Assembly (NCBI GenBank): GCA_965216565.1
Contig: OZ244170.1
Span: 256,001-320,000 of the forward strand
Direction of reading: 5' to 3'
DNA from: Bythopirellula sp.
GTDB lineage: Bacteria; Planctomycetota; Planctomycetia; Pirellulales; Lacipirellulaceae
DNA length: 64,000 nt
The notes under the pieces are model-generated. The model did no database searches. It was not told where the DNA came from and saw nothing but the letters and a program-made list of their open reading frames with translations. A program made the translations under genes and the position numbers. Below, piece by piece: positions 15,953-25,274 of this stretch; positions within the stretch are counted from its first letter, which is position 1; every line of letters starts with the position of its first letter.

Positions 15953-17767
15953 ATGACTCTAACAGCAGTTGACTGGTGCATCCTGATTGGCTTTTTCGTC
16001 TTCGCCCTTGGGATTGGGATTGCCGTATCTAGGCAGGCGGGGAAAAGCTCGAGTGAGTTCTTTCTCTCGGGAAGGAACATGCCATGGTGGTTGCTCGGGT
16101 TCTCCATGGTGGCCACCACCTTTTCAACCGATACACCAAATCTGGTGACTGATCTCGTTAGGGAAAAAGGAGTAGCTGGAAATTGGGCTTGGTGGTCCTT
16201 CCTGATTACTGGAGTTGTTACTGTCTTTTTCTACGCTAAGCTTTGGCGTCGCTCGGGTGTATTGACAGATCTTGAACTCTACAAGATCCGCTACAGTGGC
16301 AGGGCGGCCTCCTTCCTGCGTGGATTTCGAGCACTCTATCTAGGTGTTTTCATCAACATCTTGGTCATGGCGACTGTCACCGTGGCAGCAATCAAGATTG
16401 GTGAGACGATGTTGGGCTGGAACCGATATCAGTCTGTCGTGACTGCTATGGCGGTAACAGTAGTATTCAGCTCGATGGGCGGATTCAAAGGAGTCATTCT
16501 GACTGACTTTGTGTTGTTCATACTTTCGATGGTTGGTTCTTTTGCTGCGGCATATTTTGCGTTGCAACATGAAAGTGTCGGTGGACTTCTTGGTTTATTG
16601 AATCATCCGAATGTGTCGGACAAGCTGGATCTGTTTCCTGATTTGACGCCGGATTCCTCCGCTGAATGGTCTATCTTGTTAAGCCTGCTATTGATACCTC
16701 TACTAGTTCAATGGTGGAGCGCCTGGTATCCAGGTTCCGAACCCGGTGGCGGTGGCTACCTCGCCCAACGGATGCTCGCTGCAAAAGATGAGCGACATTC
16801 GGTGCGGGCCATCTTCTTTTTCCAGGTGGCCCATTATGCGATCCGCCCTTGGCCTTGGATTCTAGTCGCTCTGTGCTCGCTTGCTGTGTTCCCTACGATC
16901 GACGACATTAAAGCGGCCTTTCCCAATGCAGAGAACGTAGCAAATGACAGCGGCTATTCAGCTATGCTAACTTTCCTGCCACCAGGGTGGTTTGGGCTAG
17001 TGCTTACGTCGCTGGTAGCTGCATACATGAGCACAATATCGACGCAACTCAACTGGGGGGCTTCCTATGTTGTCAATGATTTCTGGAAACAGTATGTGGA
17101 GCCAGAGGCCAGTGAAAGAAGATTAGTGTGGGTGGGTCGTCTTTCAACAGTGGTAATGATGGTTCTCGCTGCCGTCGTTGCATTCCAGATTGAGAAAGCA
17201 AGTGATGCCTTTAGTTTGCTAGTGGCATTGGGAGCAGGTACCGGGGGAGTATTGTTGGCAAGGTGGTTTTGGTGGCGAGTTAATGCCATGAGCGAGATTG
17301 TGGCAATTGTCGCTGCAGCCGTTGTTTCGTTGACATTCCAATTCACAGACTTCGGAACTGCTCTCACTGACAAGCTTGGTATTTGGTCGATTGCGGTCCA
17401 AGTCGCAATTGTTACATCCTTATGGCTAATAGCAACTTTTGCGACTAGCCCCACGGAATTCTCAGTCCTTAAGACCTTCATAGAGCAATGCAACCCGGGG
17501 GGACCTGGGTGGCGGTATGTGTTCGAAGAAGCAGCTCGCCGAGGTGAGTCGATATCGCCAAGTGCGCAAGGAATCAACTTTCCACTCAGCATTCTCGCTA
17601 CTGTACTAGGCTGCATACTGGTTTACGGCACACTTTTCGCAACAGGGTATTTCCTGTACGGAAGAGAAAGCTTGGGGCTGTTGTGGCTCGGAATCACACT
17701 CGTTTCTGGAGTTGGACTCAAGCTTGTTTGGATCAGAATAGCCACGAGCGATTCGTTAAAAATGTAA
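15953..17767 (+). CDS. Sodium:solute symporter (SSS family), probable amino-sugar importer
   Basis: Highly hydrophobic; FFLSGRNMPWWLLGFSMVATTFSTDTP, AQRMLAAKDE, AAYMSTISTQLNWGASY. Confidence 0.93.
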   Translation: MTLTAVDWCILIGFFVFALGIGIAVSRQAGKSSSEFFLSGRNMPWWLLGFSMVATTFSTDTPNLVTDLVREKGVAGNWAWWSFLITGVVTVFFYAKLWRRSGVLTDLELYKIRYSGRAASFLRGFRALYLGVFINILVMATVTVAAIKIGETMLGWNRYQSVVTAMAVTVVFSSMGGFKGVILTDFVLFILSMVGSFAAAYFALQHESVGGLLGLLNHPNVSDKLDLFPDLTPDSSAEWSILLSLLLIPLLVQWWSAWYPGSEPGGGGYLAQRMLAAKDERHSVRAIFFFQVAHYAIRPWPWILVALCSLAVFPTIDDIKAAFPNAENVANDSGYSAMLTFLPPGWFGLVLTSLVAAYMSTISTQLNWGASYVVNDFWKQYVEPEASERRLVWVGRLSTVVMMVLAAVVAFQIEKASDAFSLLVALGAGTGGVLLARWFWWRVNAMSEIVAIVAAAVVSLTFQFTDFGTALTDKLGIWSIAVQVAIVTSLWLIATFATSPTEFSVLKTFIEQCNPGGPGWRYVFEEAARRGESISPSAQGINFPLSILATVLGCILVYGTLFATGYFLYGRESLGLLWLGITLVSGVGLKLVWIRIATSDSLKM

Positions 17768-18493
17768 TCAGCGAATAAGTAGAGGATACTGTTTCTACTT
17801 GAAACTCTTTTAAACGTTTTATTACCAGGAGCTTTACACCAACGAGACTGAGTCTTCTGCCTTAAGATTTACTCCTTAGTCGCGAATACCATAGGTCACT
17901 GGTGTGGGTGACATCTCCAGGTCTATATGTGATCTAATCGCATGCCTTCACTAGAGGCAGGCGGAAGCTCAGGTTCTGTTAGACTAGCCCGGCATATAGT
18001 TGTCCGTGGAAGTTAGCGAAATCCTAACTTATATGTCACAAGGAATACTTGCTACAGCTGACATGCCTGAAAGTGAACCCCCGAGTGGTGCGACAACTTT
18101 CTATTCTTGGGCCACTGACGAGCATGCGTTAACTCACACCTCTGCGTCGAACAAAGAGGCTTTTGACGCACGGGTTGCCCCATTCCAAGCGTCCAAACGC
18201 GATTACCCAAGACACGTTGGCTTCATTGTCCCGGGCACCCTACGAAACTCCGGGCTCACCATGATTTCCTCCAGCATCAAATCAAGCGATGCAGCTCAAG
18301 AGTCAACGCGGGTACCAGATGAGATTGATCTGTGTGTAATCAATCGATTGGAAGAGTAGGCTCATGGTCATGCGGTTGAGCCTATAATACGAACGAGGCA
18401 TTTGCGTTTGATCTGCATGGCACTCTGGATTGATACTCCAGTGCGATACAAAAATATGGACCGTCGTAAGTCCGCTGTTTGCAAAACATTAAG

Positions 18494-18579
18494 TAGCCGA
18501 GGCGGGACTCGAACCCGCACGGGGGTTACCCCCCACTGGATTTTAAGTCCAGAGCGTCTGCCAATTCCGCCACTCGGCC
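18494..18579 (-). tRNA. tRNA-Leu (anticodon TAA), CCA not encoded
   Basis: Minus strand GGCCGAG TG GCGGAATTGGCAGACGC T CTGGA CT-TAA-AA TCCAG, long variable arm, GCGGG TTCGAGT CCCGC CTCGGCT A. Folds as a cloverleaf with T-loop TTCGAGT. Confidence 0.97.
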
Positions 18580-18747
18580 TGAGTGATTGCTCGATAGGTA
18601 TTTCGTTGTGCTTCTTGCAAACGTATTTCGCCTTCTGCGTCGTTCCTTAGGTCTACAAGTTACTTGCTGATTGTGGTTTCGCCAACGACAGAAATCTTCC
18701 TTCAATATATTTTTCTTGCTGGCGGCCATGACCCCAGGGACTTTAGA

Positions 18748-20304
18748 TCAGACTGATTCCCGTTTTTCTGGCATGGCCTGGCTAGAACCGATCTCAATGC
18801 GGTTGATGGCGTTTAGGAATGCGCGGGCACCTGCTTCTACCGTATCGGTCGATACGCCCCGCCCTCGATAAATTCGGCCGCCGTATTCGACTTCTACAAT
18901 GGACTCGCCCTGGGCGTCTTTGCCGCGGGTGGCACTTTGCACTCGGAAGTCACGAACCACTACCGACTTGTTCGTGATCTCTTCGATTGCCATGAAGAGT
19001 GCGTCCAAGGGACCATCGCCGCATTCCAACGTGGCGGAATGGGATTCATCGGCACTGACAAGCGTGATCGTTGCCGAGGGGGAGCGGCCGCTCGTGGCTT
19101 GAATCTCGTAAGACTCGAATTGCCATTGATCGACATCCTGGGTATCAGTGCGTTCGATGAGCGCCGCGATGTCTCCATCGTAGATCTCTTTCTTTTTGTC
19201 AGCCAACTCCTTGAATTGCTCGAACAAGCTATCCAGTTGCTTTTCGTCAATATGGTAGCCCATTTCGCGCGCCTTATCGGCAAGCGCGGCTCTGCCGCTA
19301 TGTTTGCCCAATACGAGGTCAGTTTGCGAAAAGCCGACGTCCTCGGGACGCATGATCTCGTAGGTAGTTCGCTCCTTGAGCATGCCGTCTTGATGAATTC
19401 CCGCCTCGTGGGCAAAAGCATTGCGACCGACGATTGCCTTGTTTCGCTGCACGAGCATGCCGGTGATGTTCGATACGAGACGACTGGTGGGCACAAGTCG
19501 GGGGGTGTTGATCCTCGTCTCTGCCTGGTAGTAGTCTCCGCGGGTGCGTAGCGCCATTGCCACTTCTTCAAGGGAACAATTCCCTGCCCTTTCACCGAGC
19601 CCGTTGATTGTGCACTCGATTTGGCCCGCCCCGTGCTCGACGGCAGAAAGGCTGTTAGCTACCGCCAAGCCAAGGTCGTCATGGCAATGGACACTGATGA
19701 CTGCCTGGTCGATGTTGGGAACGCGATTCATTAAGTTTTCGATCACGTTGGCAAAATGCGCTGGTGTGGCATAGCCGACCGTGTCGGGAATATTGACGGT
19801 TGTCGCGCCGGCGGTAATAGCCGCTTCGACTACTTTGCATAAAAAATCGATTTCCGTACGTGCCGCATCTTCGGGAGAGAATTCGATGTTATCGCACAGT
19901 TTCTTGGCACGCGTCACTCCCGCCACGGCTCTGCGAATGATCTCTTCCTTATCCATGCGAAGCTTGAACTCCCGATGAATGGCGCTCGTCGCGAGAAACA
20001 CATGAATGCGAACGTCGTCGCCACTCTTTAGTGCTTCCCATGCGCGATCGATATCCTGATCGCGACAGCGGGCCAATCCGCAAATCGTTGCGCCGTGGAC
20101 CGTGTTGGCGATTTCTTGGACTGCGTCGAAGTCCCCAATGGAGGTGATTGGGAATCCGGCTTCGATGACGTCCACACCCAAATCGACCAGAGCCTGAGCG
20201 ACTTCGATCTTCTCGCTGAGGTTCATGCTGCAGCCCGGCGACTGCTCGCCATCGCGCAAGGTCGTGTCGAAGATGGTTATGCGACGTGGTTTGGAGGAGG
20301 ACAT
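18748..20304 (-). CDS. leuA: 2-isopropylmalate synthase
   Basis: IFDTTLRDGEQSPG, PDTVGY, SVHCHDDLGLA, GERAGN, HEAGIHQDG, GKHSGR and a C-terminal regulatory domain. Confidence 0.97.
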   Translation of the reverse strand: MSSSKPRRITIFDTTLRDGEQSPGCSMNLSEKIEVAQALVDLGVDVIEAGFPITSIGDFDAVQEIANTVHGATICGLARCRDQDIDRAWEALKSGDDVRIHVFLATSAIHREFKLRMDKEEIIRRAVAGVTRAKKLCDNIEFSPEDAARTEIDFLCKVVEAAITAGATTVNIPDTVGYATPAHFANVIENLMNRVPNIDQAVISVHCHDDLGLAVANSLSAVEHGAGQIECTINGLGERAGNCSLEEVAMALRTRGDYYQAETRINTPRLVPTSRLVSNITGMLVQRNKAIVGRNAFAHEAGIHQDGMLKERTTYEIMRPEDVGFSQTDLVLGKHSGRAALADKAREMGYHIDEKQLDSLFEQFKELADKKKEIYDGDIAALIERTDTQDVDQWQFESYEIQATSGRSPSATITLVSADESHSATLECGDGPLDALFMAIEEITNKSVVVRDFRVQSATRGKDAQGESIVEVEYGGRIYRGRGVSTDTVEAGARAFLNAINRIEIGSSQAMPEKRESV

Positions 20305-20380
20305 TCTTTTGGGTCCATAGTCTATTGTCCGTTTTGGGAGCGCTTAGATCGTTGCAACGGACAACCTGCAATGATCCAGT

Positions 20381-20420
20381 AAAACAAAAAAACCCCAAGG
20401 CCGGTTTGGGCCTTAGGGTT
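20381..20420 (-). terminator. Attenuator terminator hairpin of the leuA leader
   Basis: Minus strand AACCCTAAGGCC-CAAACC-GGCCTTGGGGTT followed by a U-rich tract, about 75 nt before the leuA start. Confidence 0.88.
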
Positions 20421-20454
20421 CTGAAATCGTTCTCGTTGTGTAACTGTACGAACC

Positions 20455-20514
20455 CTAAGTCCCGAGTCGGGATAGCTCTAGTAATAACAAGCTTAGTAGG
20501 GATTCGAGTGGCAT
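20455..20514 (-). CDS. leuL: Leucine-rich leader peptide of the leuA attenuator (MPLESLLSLLLLELSRLGT, 19 aa)
   Basis: ATG CCA CTC GAA TCC CTA CTA AGC TTG TTA TTA CTA GAG CTA TCC CGA CTC GGG ACT TAG; 9 Leu codons. Downstream CTTAGGGTTC can pair with GAACCCTAAG of the terminator stem. Too short for the ORF track. Confidence 0.88.
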   Translation of the reverse strand: MPLESLLSLLLLELSRLGT

Positions 20515-20821
20515 TTTTCGCTTCTAAGTGAATGGGCCGCTGATATTCGTCTCACCGGCGACTTCATTAGATTAATGTACTGGACTCACCGAGGTGGGTC
20601 AAGGTTCGCTCGGGCAAGACTTCACGTCTCGATCTGGTCTCACGACCGTCATAATACTCCTCTTCGGCTCTCTGGGCATCGATCTCCTTGGTTCTCGGTG
20701 AATTGACAATGAGGCTGGTGGACAACGCCCAGCGAGTGTCCCATCTATTTCATTAGGGGCATTCCAAGCCCCGCTATTCTAAGCCCCGATATGCAGTCCG
20801 AACCAGACGTCAGGGATACCT

Positions 20822-22168
20822 ATGGAAACTACATTCGACAGCACTTTGCAAGCTGCCCAGGCCGCTTTGGCGGTGGCACAAGGCGGAGAAACTCCGCCCT
20901 CAGCTAACAATACATCGCCGGTTCGATTTCTGCCTTTGGAACCCCAGGATTTCGAAGAGCTGGGAATTTCTCAAGACAAGCTGGAAGGACTTGTTCTGAA
21001 GTTGCTGCTCTATCGTGGCAATTTTACGGGACGAAACGTCGCCGATAGTTTGCAACTTCCTCGGCCTTTGGTTGTCGAGACACTGGAGACGCTACGGGCT
21101 GAACTGCTGATTGCAATCAAGGGTTCGGCAGGACTGGAAGACTATATATTCCACCTGACCGAAGCCGGACACGAACGCGCGGCTCGACTCGCCAAACGAT
21201 GTAGCTATGCGGGAGTCGCCCCTGTGCCGTTTGAGAGCTACGTAAATTCGATTGAGAAGCAATCATTGCGACAAAGCAAGCTTAGCAGTACCGCCTTGAA
21301 GGAAGCTTTCCACGGTTTGCGGCTTAGCGAGACATTGCTTAGCCAAATGGGACAAGCTGTCAACGACGGTCGTGGCCTGTTCCTTTACGGACCTCCCGGC
21401 AACGGCAAGACTAGTATTTCGGAGTTGGTGGTAGGTTCGTTTGGCGAATTTGTTTGGATTCCTCATACCATCACCATCGACGGGGAAATGGTTCGGCTAT
21501 ACGATCCCCGCAGCCATCAGGCGGTGGTAAACTCTGACCTCGATCAAATGAGTTATGACCGACGTTGGATCTTGATTCATCGTCCCACGATCGTCGTCGG
21601 TGGCGAATTGACAATGGAACAGCTGGACTTGCAGTTCAATTCCCAGACCGGCATTTGCGAGGCACCTGTTCAACTCCGTGCGAATTGCGGTGCCCTTGTG
21701 ATTGACGACTTCGGGCGTCAACGCATGCCAACTTCTGAGCTATTGAACCGGCTCATCATTCCAATGGAAAAACACCACGACTATATCAATCTGCCAAGTG
21801 GTCGACAGGTGGCGGTGCCATTCGATATGTTGACGGTGTTTTCAACCAATCTGAAACCGATGGACCTCGTCGACGAAGCATTTCTGCGTCGTATTCCCTA
21901 CAAGATCGAAGTGCAAGGTCCCTCGGAAGCCGAATTCGTTGAGTTATTCCTCGATCTGGCTCAACAAAGTGGACTGACTTGCACTCGGGAAGCAGTGGAG
22001 TACTTGCTCAAGCAGCACTACCAACCAAAGGATCGTCCCTTGCGGTATTGCCACCCGCGCGATTTGATTCGCCAGATTCGCAACTATTGCGAGTTTGAAG
22101 GTCAGCCGTCGGAGGTGAATCGTCAGTCGCTAGACGTAGCTGTGAAAAACTATTTTGCTGAGCTATAG
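20822..22168 (+). CDS. AAA+ family ATPase with N-terminal winged-helix-like region
   Basis: Walker A GPPGNGKT, Walker B LVIDDFGRQ, sensor FSTN, Arg finger DEAFLRRI. Confidence 0.85.
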   Translation: METTFDSTLQAAQAALAVAQGGETPPSANNTSPVRFLPLEPQDFEELGISQDKLEGLVLKLLLYRGNFTGRNVADSLQLPRPLVVETLETLRAELLIAIKGSAGLEDYIFHLTEAGHERAARLAKRCSYAGVAPVPFESYVNSIEKQSLRQSKLSSTALKEAFHGLRLSETLLSQMGQAVNDGRGLFLYGPPGNGKTSISELVVGSFGEFVWIPHTITIDGEMVRLYDPRSHQAVVNSDLDQMSYDRRWILIHRPTIVVGGELTMEQLDLQFNSQTGICEAPVQLRANCGALVIDDFGRQRMPTSELLNRLIIPMEKHHDYINLPSGRQVAVPFDMLTVFSTNLKPMDLVDEAFLRRIPYKIEVQGPSEAEFVELFLDLAQQSGLTCTREAVEYLLKQHYQPKDRPLRYCHPRDLIRQIRNYCEFEGQPSEVNRQSLDVAVKNYFAEL

Positions 22169-22331
22169 ACGCAAGCCGCGGTTGAGTCTCAAAATTGCCA
22201 TTCCCATCGATCAGTGCTAGCACTGCAATCGATATTGACCCATATCGCACATTGGGACAAATTTATGCTCTGCTCGGCACTTTTCTTTGCCGGCTTAACT
22301 GACCCAACCCTGTGCAAATGGAGGTGCACCG

Positions 22332-22913
22332 ATGAAGCGCGACCTGGATCTGGCACGACAGCTCTTGCTGGATATTGAGAACCGAGGCGCCGACTGCTCA
22401 TTGAGCGTCTTGCGATCTGGACCCGACCACGAATTTCAAGAGCGAATCCGCTATCATCTGCGACTATTAATTGATGCCAATCTCTTACAAGAAGTAGATC
22501 GTACCTCTTCCGGCGTACCTTGTGTGCGACTAACCCACGAAGGGCACGAGCTGATCGAACTCTCCCGCAGCGATTCGCGGTGGGGCGAAGCCAAGGCAAT
22601 TTGCCAGGATCGTACCGGTGGACTGTCACTTTCGTTCATTAAAACAATTCTGCTTCGATTTGCTACCAGCCGCCCACGACTACGGCGACCTCACCTGTCT
22701 CGACGGCTTCGCTATGAGCCCGAGTCTTATCGCGATTCGCTTAGCTATCGGGAATTTGATCGTCTTGAGGACCGCAGCTATATGATGGACGACGACGTTC
22801 GCTACGTCCGCGTAAGGGGTGGTCTCAACGGATGGCGTGAAGGACTCGACTTAGATGGCGACGGGATTGCCGACGTAGAGTACGATACGCCGCTGCACTC
22901 AGACTTGATCTGA
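22332..22913 (+). CDS. DUF2513 domain protein with Arg-rich C-terminal extension
   Basis: MKRDLDLARQLLL.IE, YHLRLL.DA.L, RLTHEGHELI. RBS GGAGGT. Confidence 0.8.
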   Translation: MKRDLDLARQLLLDIENRGADCSLSVLRSGPDHEFQERIRYHLRLLIDANLLQEVDRTSSGVPCVRLTHEGHELIELSRSDSRWGEAKAICQDRTGGLSLSFIKTILLRFATSRPRLRRPHLSRRLRYEPESYRDSLSYREFDRLEDRSYMMDDDVRYVRVRGGLNGWREGLDLDGDGIADVEYDTPLHSDLI

Positions 22914-22936
22914 ACTTAGCGGCTAAAAGATTAATC

Positions 22937-22973
22937 AGAGCCTGGGGGCAATAGTCTCCGGGCTCTTTTTTTT
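22937..22973 (+). terminator. Rho-independent terminator between convergent genes
   Basis: AGAGCCTGGGG...CTCCGGGCTCT followed by a T-run. Confidence 0.8.
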
Positions 22974-22984
22974 GTTGTGATCAA

Positions 22985-23962
22985 CTAGTGGAATAGTCGC
23001 TTTGCCTCGGCCGTGCCGCGTGCTTCGATTGCACGGTCTATCGCAGCCCGTTGTGAATTATCTAACGTCCAGCCCATAGCTGCTGCGCTCTCTTCTATCT
23101 GCCAGCGTCGACGGGCACCGCACAATGCGACCGTGATACCGGGCTGATTGATTGTCCAATTCACTACCACTTCGGCAACAGATCGCTCACACTCCTGGGC
23201 AATTCCGCGAAGCGTGTCGACAAACTCCTGATTGCGATCCCATTCTTCTCCTTGGTACATCGGGTAATTGCGCCGCGAATCGTCTTTGTCGAGCTGTTCG
23301 AGTTTTTCTAGTTGGCCTGCAAGTAATCCCTTCATCAAAGCCCAATAGACGATTACCGAGACTTCCTGCTCTTGGCACCAGGGGACGGTCTGCTGTTCGA
23401 TGTCGCGTTGCAACATGTTGTAAGGGAGTTGCACGGCCGTCAGGGGGCACGCTGCGTGAAACTCTTTGATTTGATCCAATTGGCAATTCGATGCTCCGGC
23501 GAATCGAACTTTGCCGGCAGCAATCAGCTCGGCAATCGCTCCTGCGGAATCGCTGACAGGAACTTGAGGATCTGGGGAGTGCAAATAGTAAAGTTCGACA
23601 TGATCGGTCCCGAGCCTAAGTAGACTCTCGTCGCATTCGGCCTTGATGGTATCGGGACGGGCATCCTGAGTTTGCTTGCCATCGTCGCCGTAGTGTATGC
23701 CGCATTTCGTGGCTAGAACGTACTCGTGGCGCTGTTCCGAGAGAGCGCGTCGGACCAGGTTCTCGCTCTCACCATTCGGACCATAGCAATAGGCCGTATC
23801 GATAAAGTTGATGCCAATGTCTAAGCAAGCTTGAAGTGCGAGGATGCTGTCTTGGTCATTAACATCTGCCGTCGAGGCCCCTGCCATAGGCCAAGTGCCT
23901 AATGAGACAGGCGACACCGGCAAGCCACTCTTGCCCAGCGGGCGAAGTATTTCATCTTTCAT
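22985..23962 (-). CDS. Aldo/keto reductase
   Basis: LGKSG..VS.V.LGTW, GINFIDTAYCYG, LATKCG, SLLRLGTDHVELYYLHSPD, GKVR..G.SN, QLPYNML.R. Confidence 0.95.
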   Translation of the reverse strand: MKDEILRPLGKSGLPVSPVSLGTWPMAGASTADVNDQDSILALQACLDIGINFIDTAYCYGPNGESENLVRRALSEQRHEYVLATKCGIHYGDDGKQTQDARPDTIKAECDESLLRLGTDHVELYYLHSPDPQVPVSDSAGAIAELIAAGKVRFAGASNCQLDQIKEFHAACPLTAVQLPYNMLQRDIEQQTVPWCQEQEVSVIVYWALMKGLLAGQLEKLEQLDKDDSRRNYPMYQGEEWDRNQEFVDTLRGIAQECERSVAEVVVNWTINQPGITVALCGARRRWQIEESAAAMGWTLDNSQRAAIDRAIEARGTAEAKRLFH

Positions 23963-24164
23963 GGGTACCTTGGCAACTGTTGCGAAACCTTTGTCCTTCG
24001 GGTGATCTGCTCAATATAGGCGAGCTGGACCCGTTCGACCACCGACGCAACACCTGTTCAACGATTGCCAGGCACTTCATCTTGCTCTGCAAACCCAAAT
24101 TGCTAACATAACCTTATTCAACCGCACCCCCATCCGCGCGAGGCGGCAAGTCGCCGTTGTAAAG

Positions 24165-24920
24165 ATGCCCGACGATCAATACGAAGCCAGTGACCGTTTT
24201 GAAATCGAAGAGCCAGAAGCTTATCGCGAAAAGAGCGGGATGTCTGGCTGTCTCAAGGGATGCTTGATCGCCAGTGCGATTATGCTGGTCTTGGTCATCG
24301 TCGTTGGGATTTGGGTAGCACGGAATGTGAAAGGTTGGACGGCCGATATTACTTCGCAGGTGGTCAATGTTGTCATCGACGAGTCTGATCTTCCCGATCA
24401 AGAGAAAGTGGAGATCAAAGATCAGGTTGCACGTCTGACCGACGCATTCCGTGAGGGCGACCTTTCATTTGAACAGGCCGGTAAAGTCGTCGAGGACATC
24501 ATGAAATCGCCACTTATGCCTTCGATCGTCGTGGCAGGAATTGAACGCAAGTACTTTGAAGACTCTGGGCTTACCGAGGAAGAGAAGGAAGCGGGGCGTA
24601 CCGCGCTCAACCGATTTGTGACCGGCATGATTGAGGAGAAGATCGGAGAACAGGAATTCGAAGCGGCCATGAGCAAAATTGCCGTGAAGCAGCCAGATGG
24701 TCAATGGCAGATGCGAGATTCCGTCAGCGACGAAGAACTTCGTGGACTGATTGATTTTCTAAAGGAAAAAGCAGACGCGGCTGAGATCCCCGCGGAAGTT
24801 CAGCAAGTCGATCCTTCCGACGAGATGAAAAGGATTATTGATGCTGCTTTGGATGATTCTCTCCCCGCGGAGGAAGACCCCTCTCAAGAGGAGGCAGTCG
24901 AACAGGAAATACAGCTTTAG
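24165..24920 (+). CDS. Hypothetical single-pass membrane protein with acidic helical domain
   Basis: GCLKGCL then a hydrophobic TM segment and an acidic helical region. Long ORF with typical codon usage. Confidence 0.75.
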   Translation: MPDDQYEASDRFEIEEPEAYREKSGMSGCLKGCLIASAIMLVLVIVVGIWVARNVKGWTADITSQVVNVVIDESDLPDQEKVEIKDQVARLTDAFREGDLSFEQAGKVVEDIMKSPLMPSIVVAGIERKYFEDSGLTEEEKEAGRTALNRFVTGMIEEKIGEQEFEAAMSKIAVKQPDGQWQMRDSVSDEELRGLIDFLKEKADAAEIPAEVQQVDPSDEMKRIIDAALDDSLPAEEDPSQEEAVEQEIQL

Positions 24921-25274
24921 TGGTTGAACCCACGTGCTCTTTTTCTCTAGGAGATGTGAAAAACCCTTATCTGCAGCGGGGTTATGCAGTTTTTTTCGCG
25001 CAAATTCATCGCTTTGACCGCAATTTTCTTGATCGTACTGTAGCTAGTAACTAATTGTGGATAGAGAGGCTTGTACGAACAGATTCTACAGGCACGGAAC
25101 AACATCTTAAGTTGCGAAGTTGATGCTTCTGCCAGCTCGCTTTTTAAGATCGCTTGTCAAAAGAAGGTGGTTGTCTCTGCGCAAGGGCGTTGAGTCTTAG
25201 AGCAAGAGTGCTCAATCAAGGGCGAAAGCTCTTATTACACTTGCTATCTACAAATGGTTTGGGGGCGAAAGCTC

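Noticed and set aside
17931..17984. attC-like pairing ATCTAAT...GTTAGAC
   Set aside because: The inverse core is imperfect, internal symmetry is poor, and there is no cassette ORF or integron integrase.
18000..18359. 119-aa ORF between the symporter and the tRNA
   Set aside because: TTG start, no RBS and no recognisable motif. It may be decayed island-edge sequence, but I cannot support a gene or an integrase remnant.
18402..18729. Short ORFs overlapping the tRNA
   Set aside because: Translation artefacts of the tRNA-Leu gene and its flanks.
22275..22290. sigma54-like CGGCAC...TTGC upstream of DUF2513, and similar hits near 257 and 3107-3124
   Set aside because: GG-to-GC spacing is off by 1-2 nt, which sigma54 does not tolerate.
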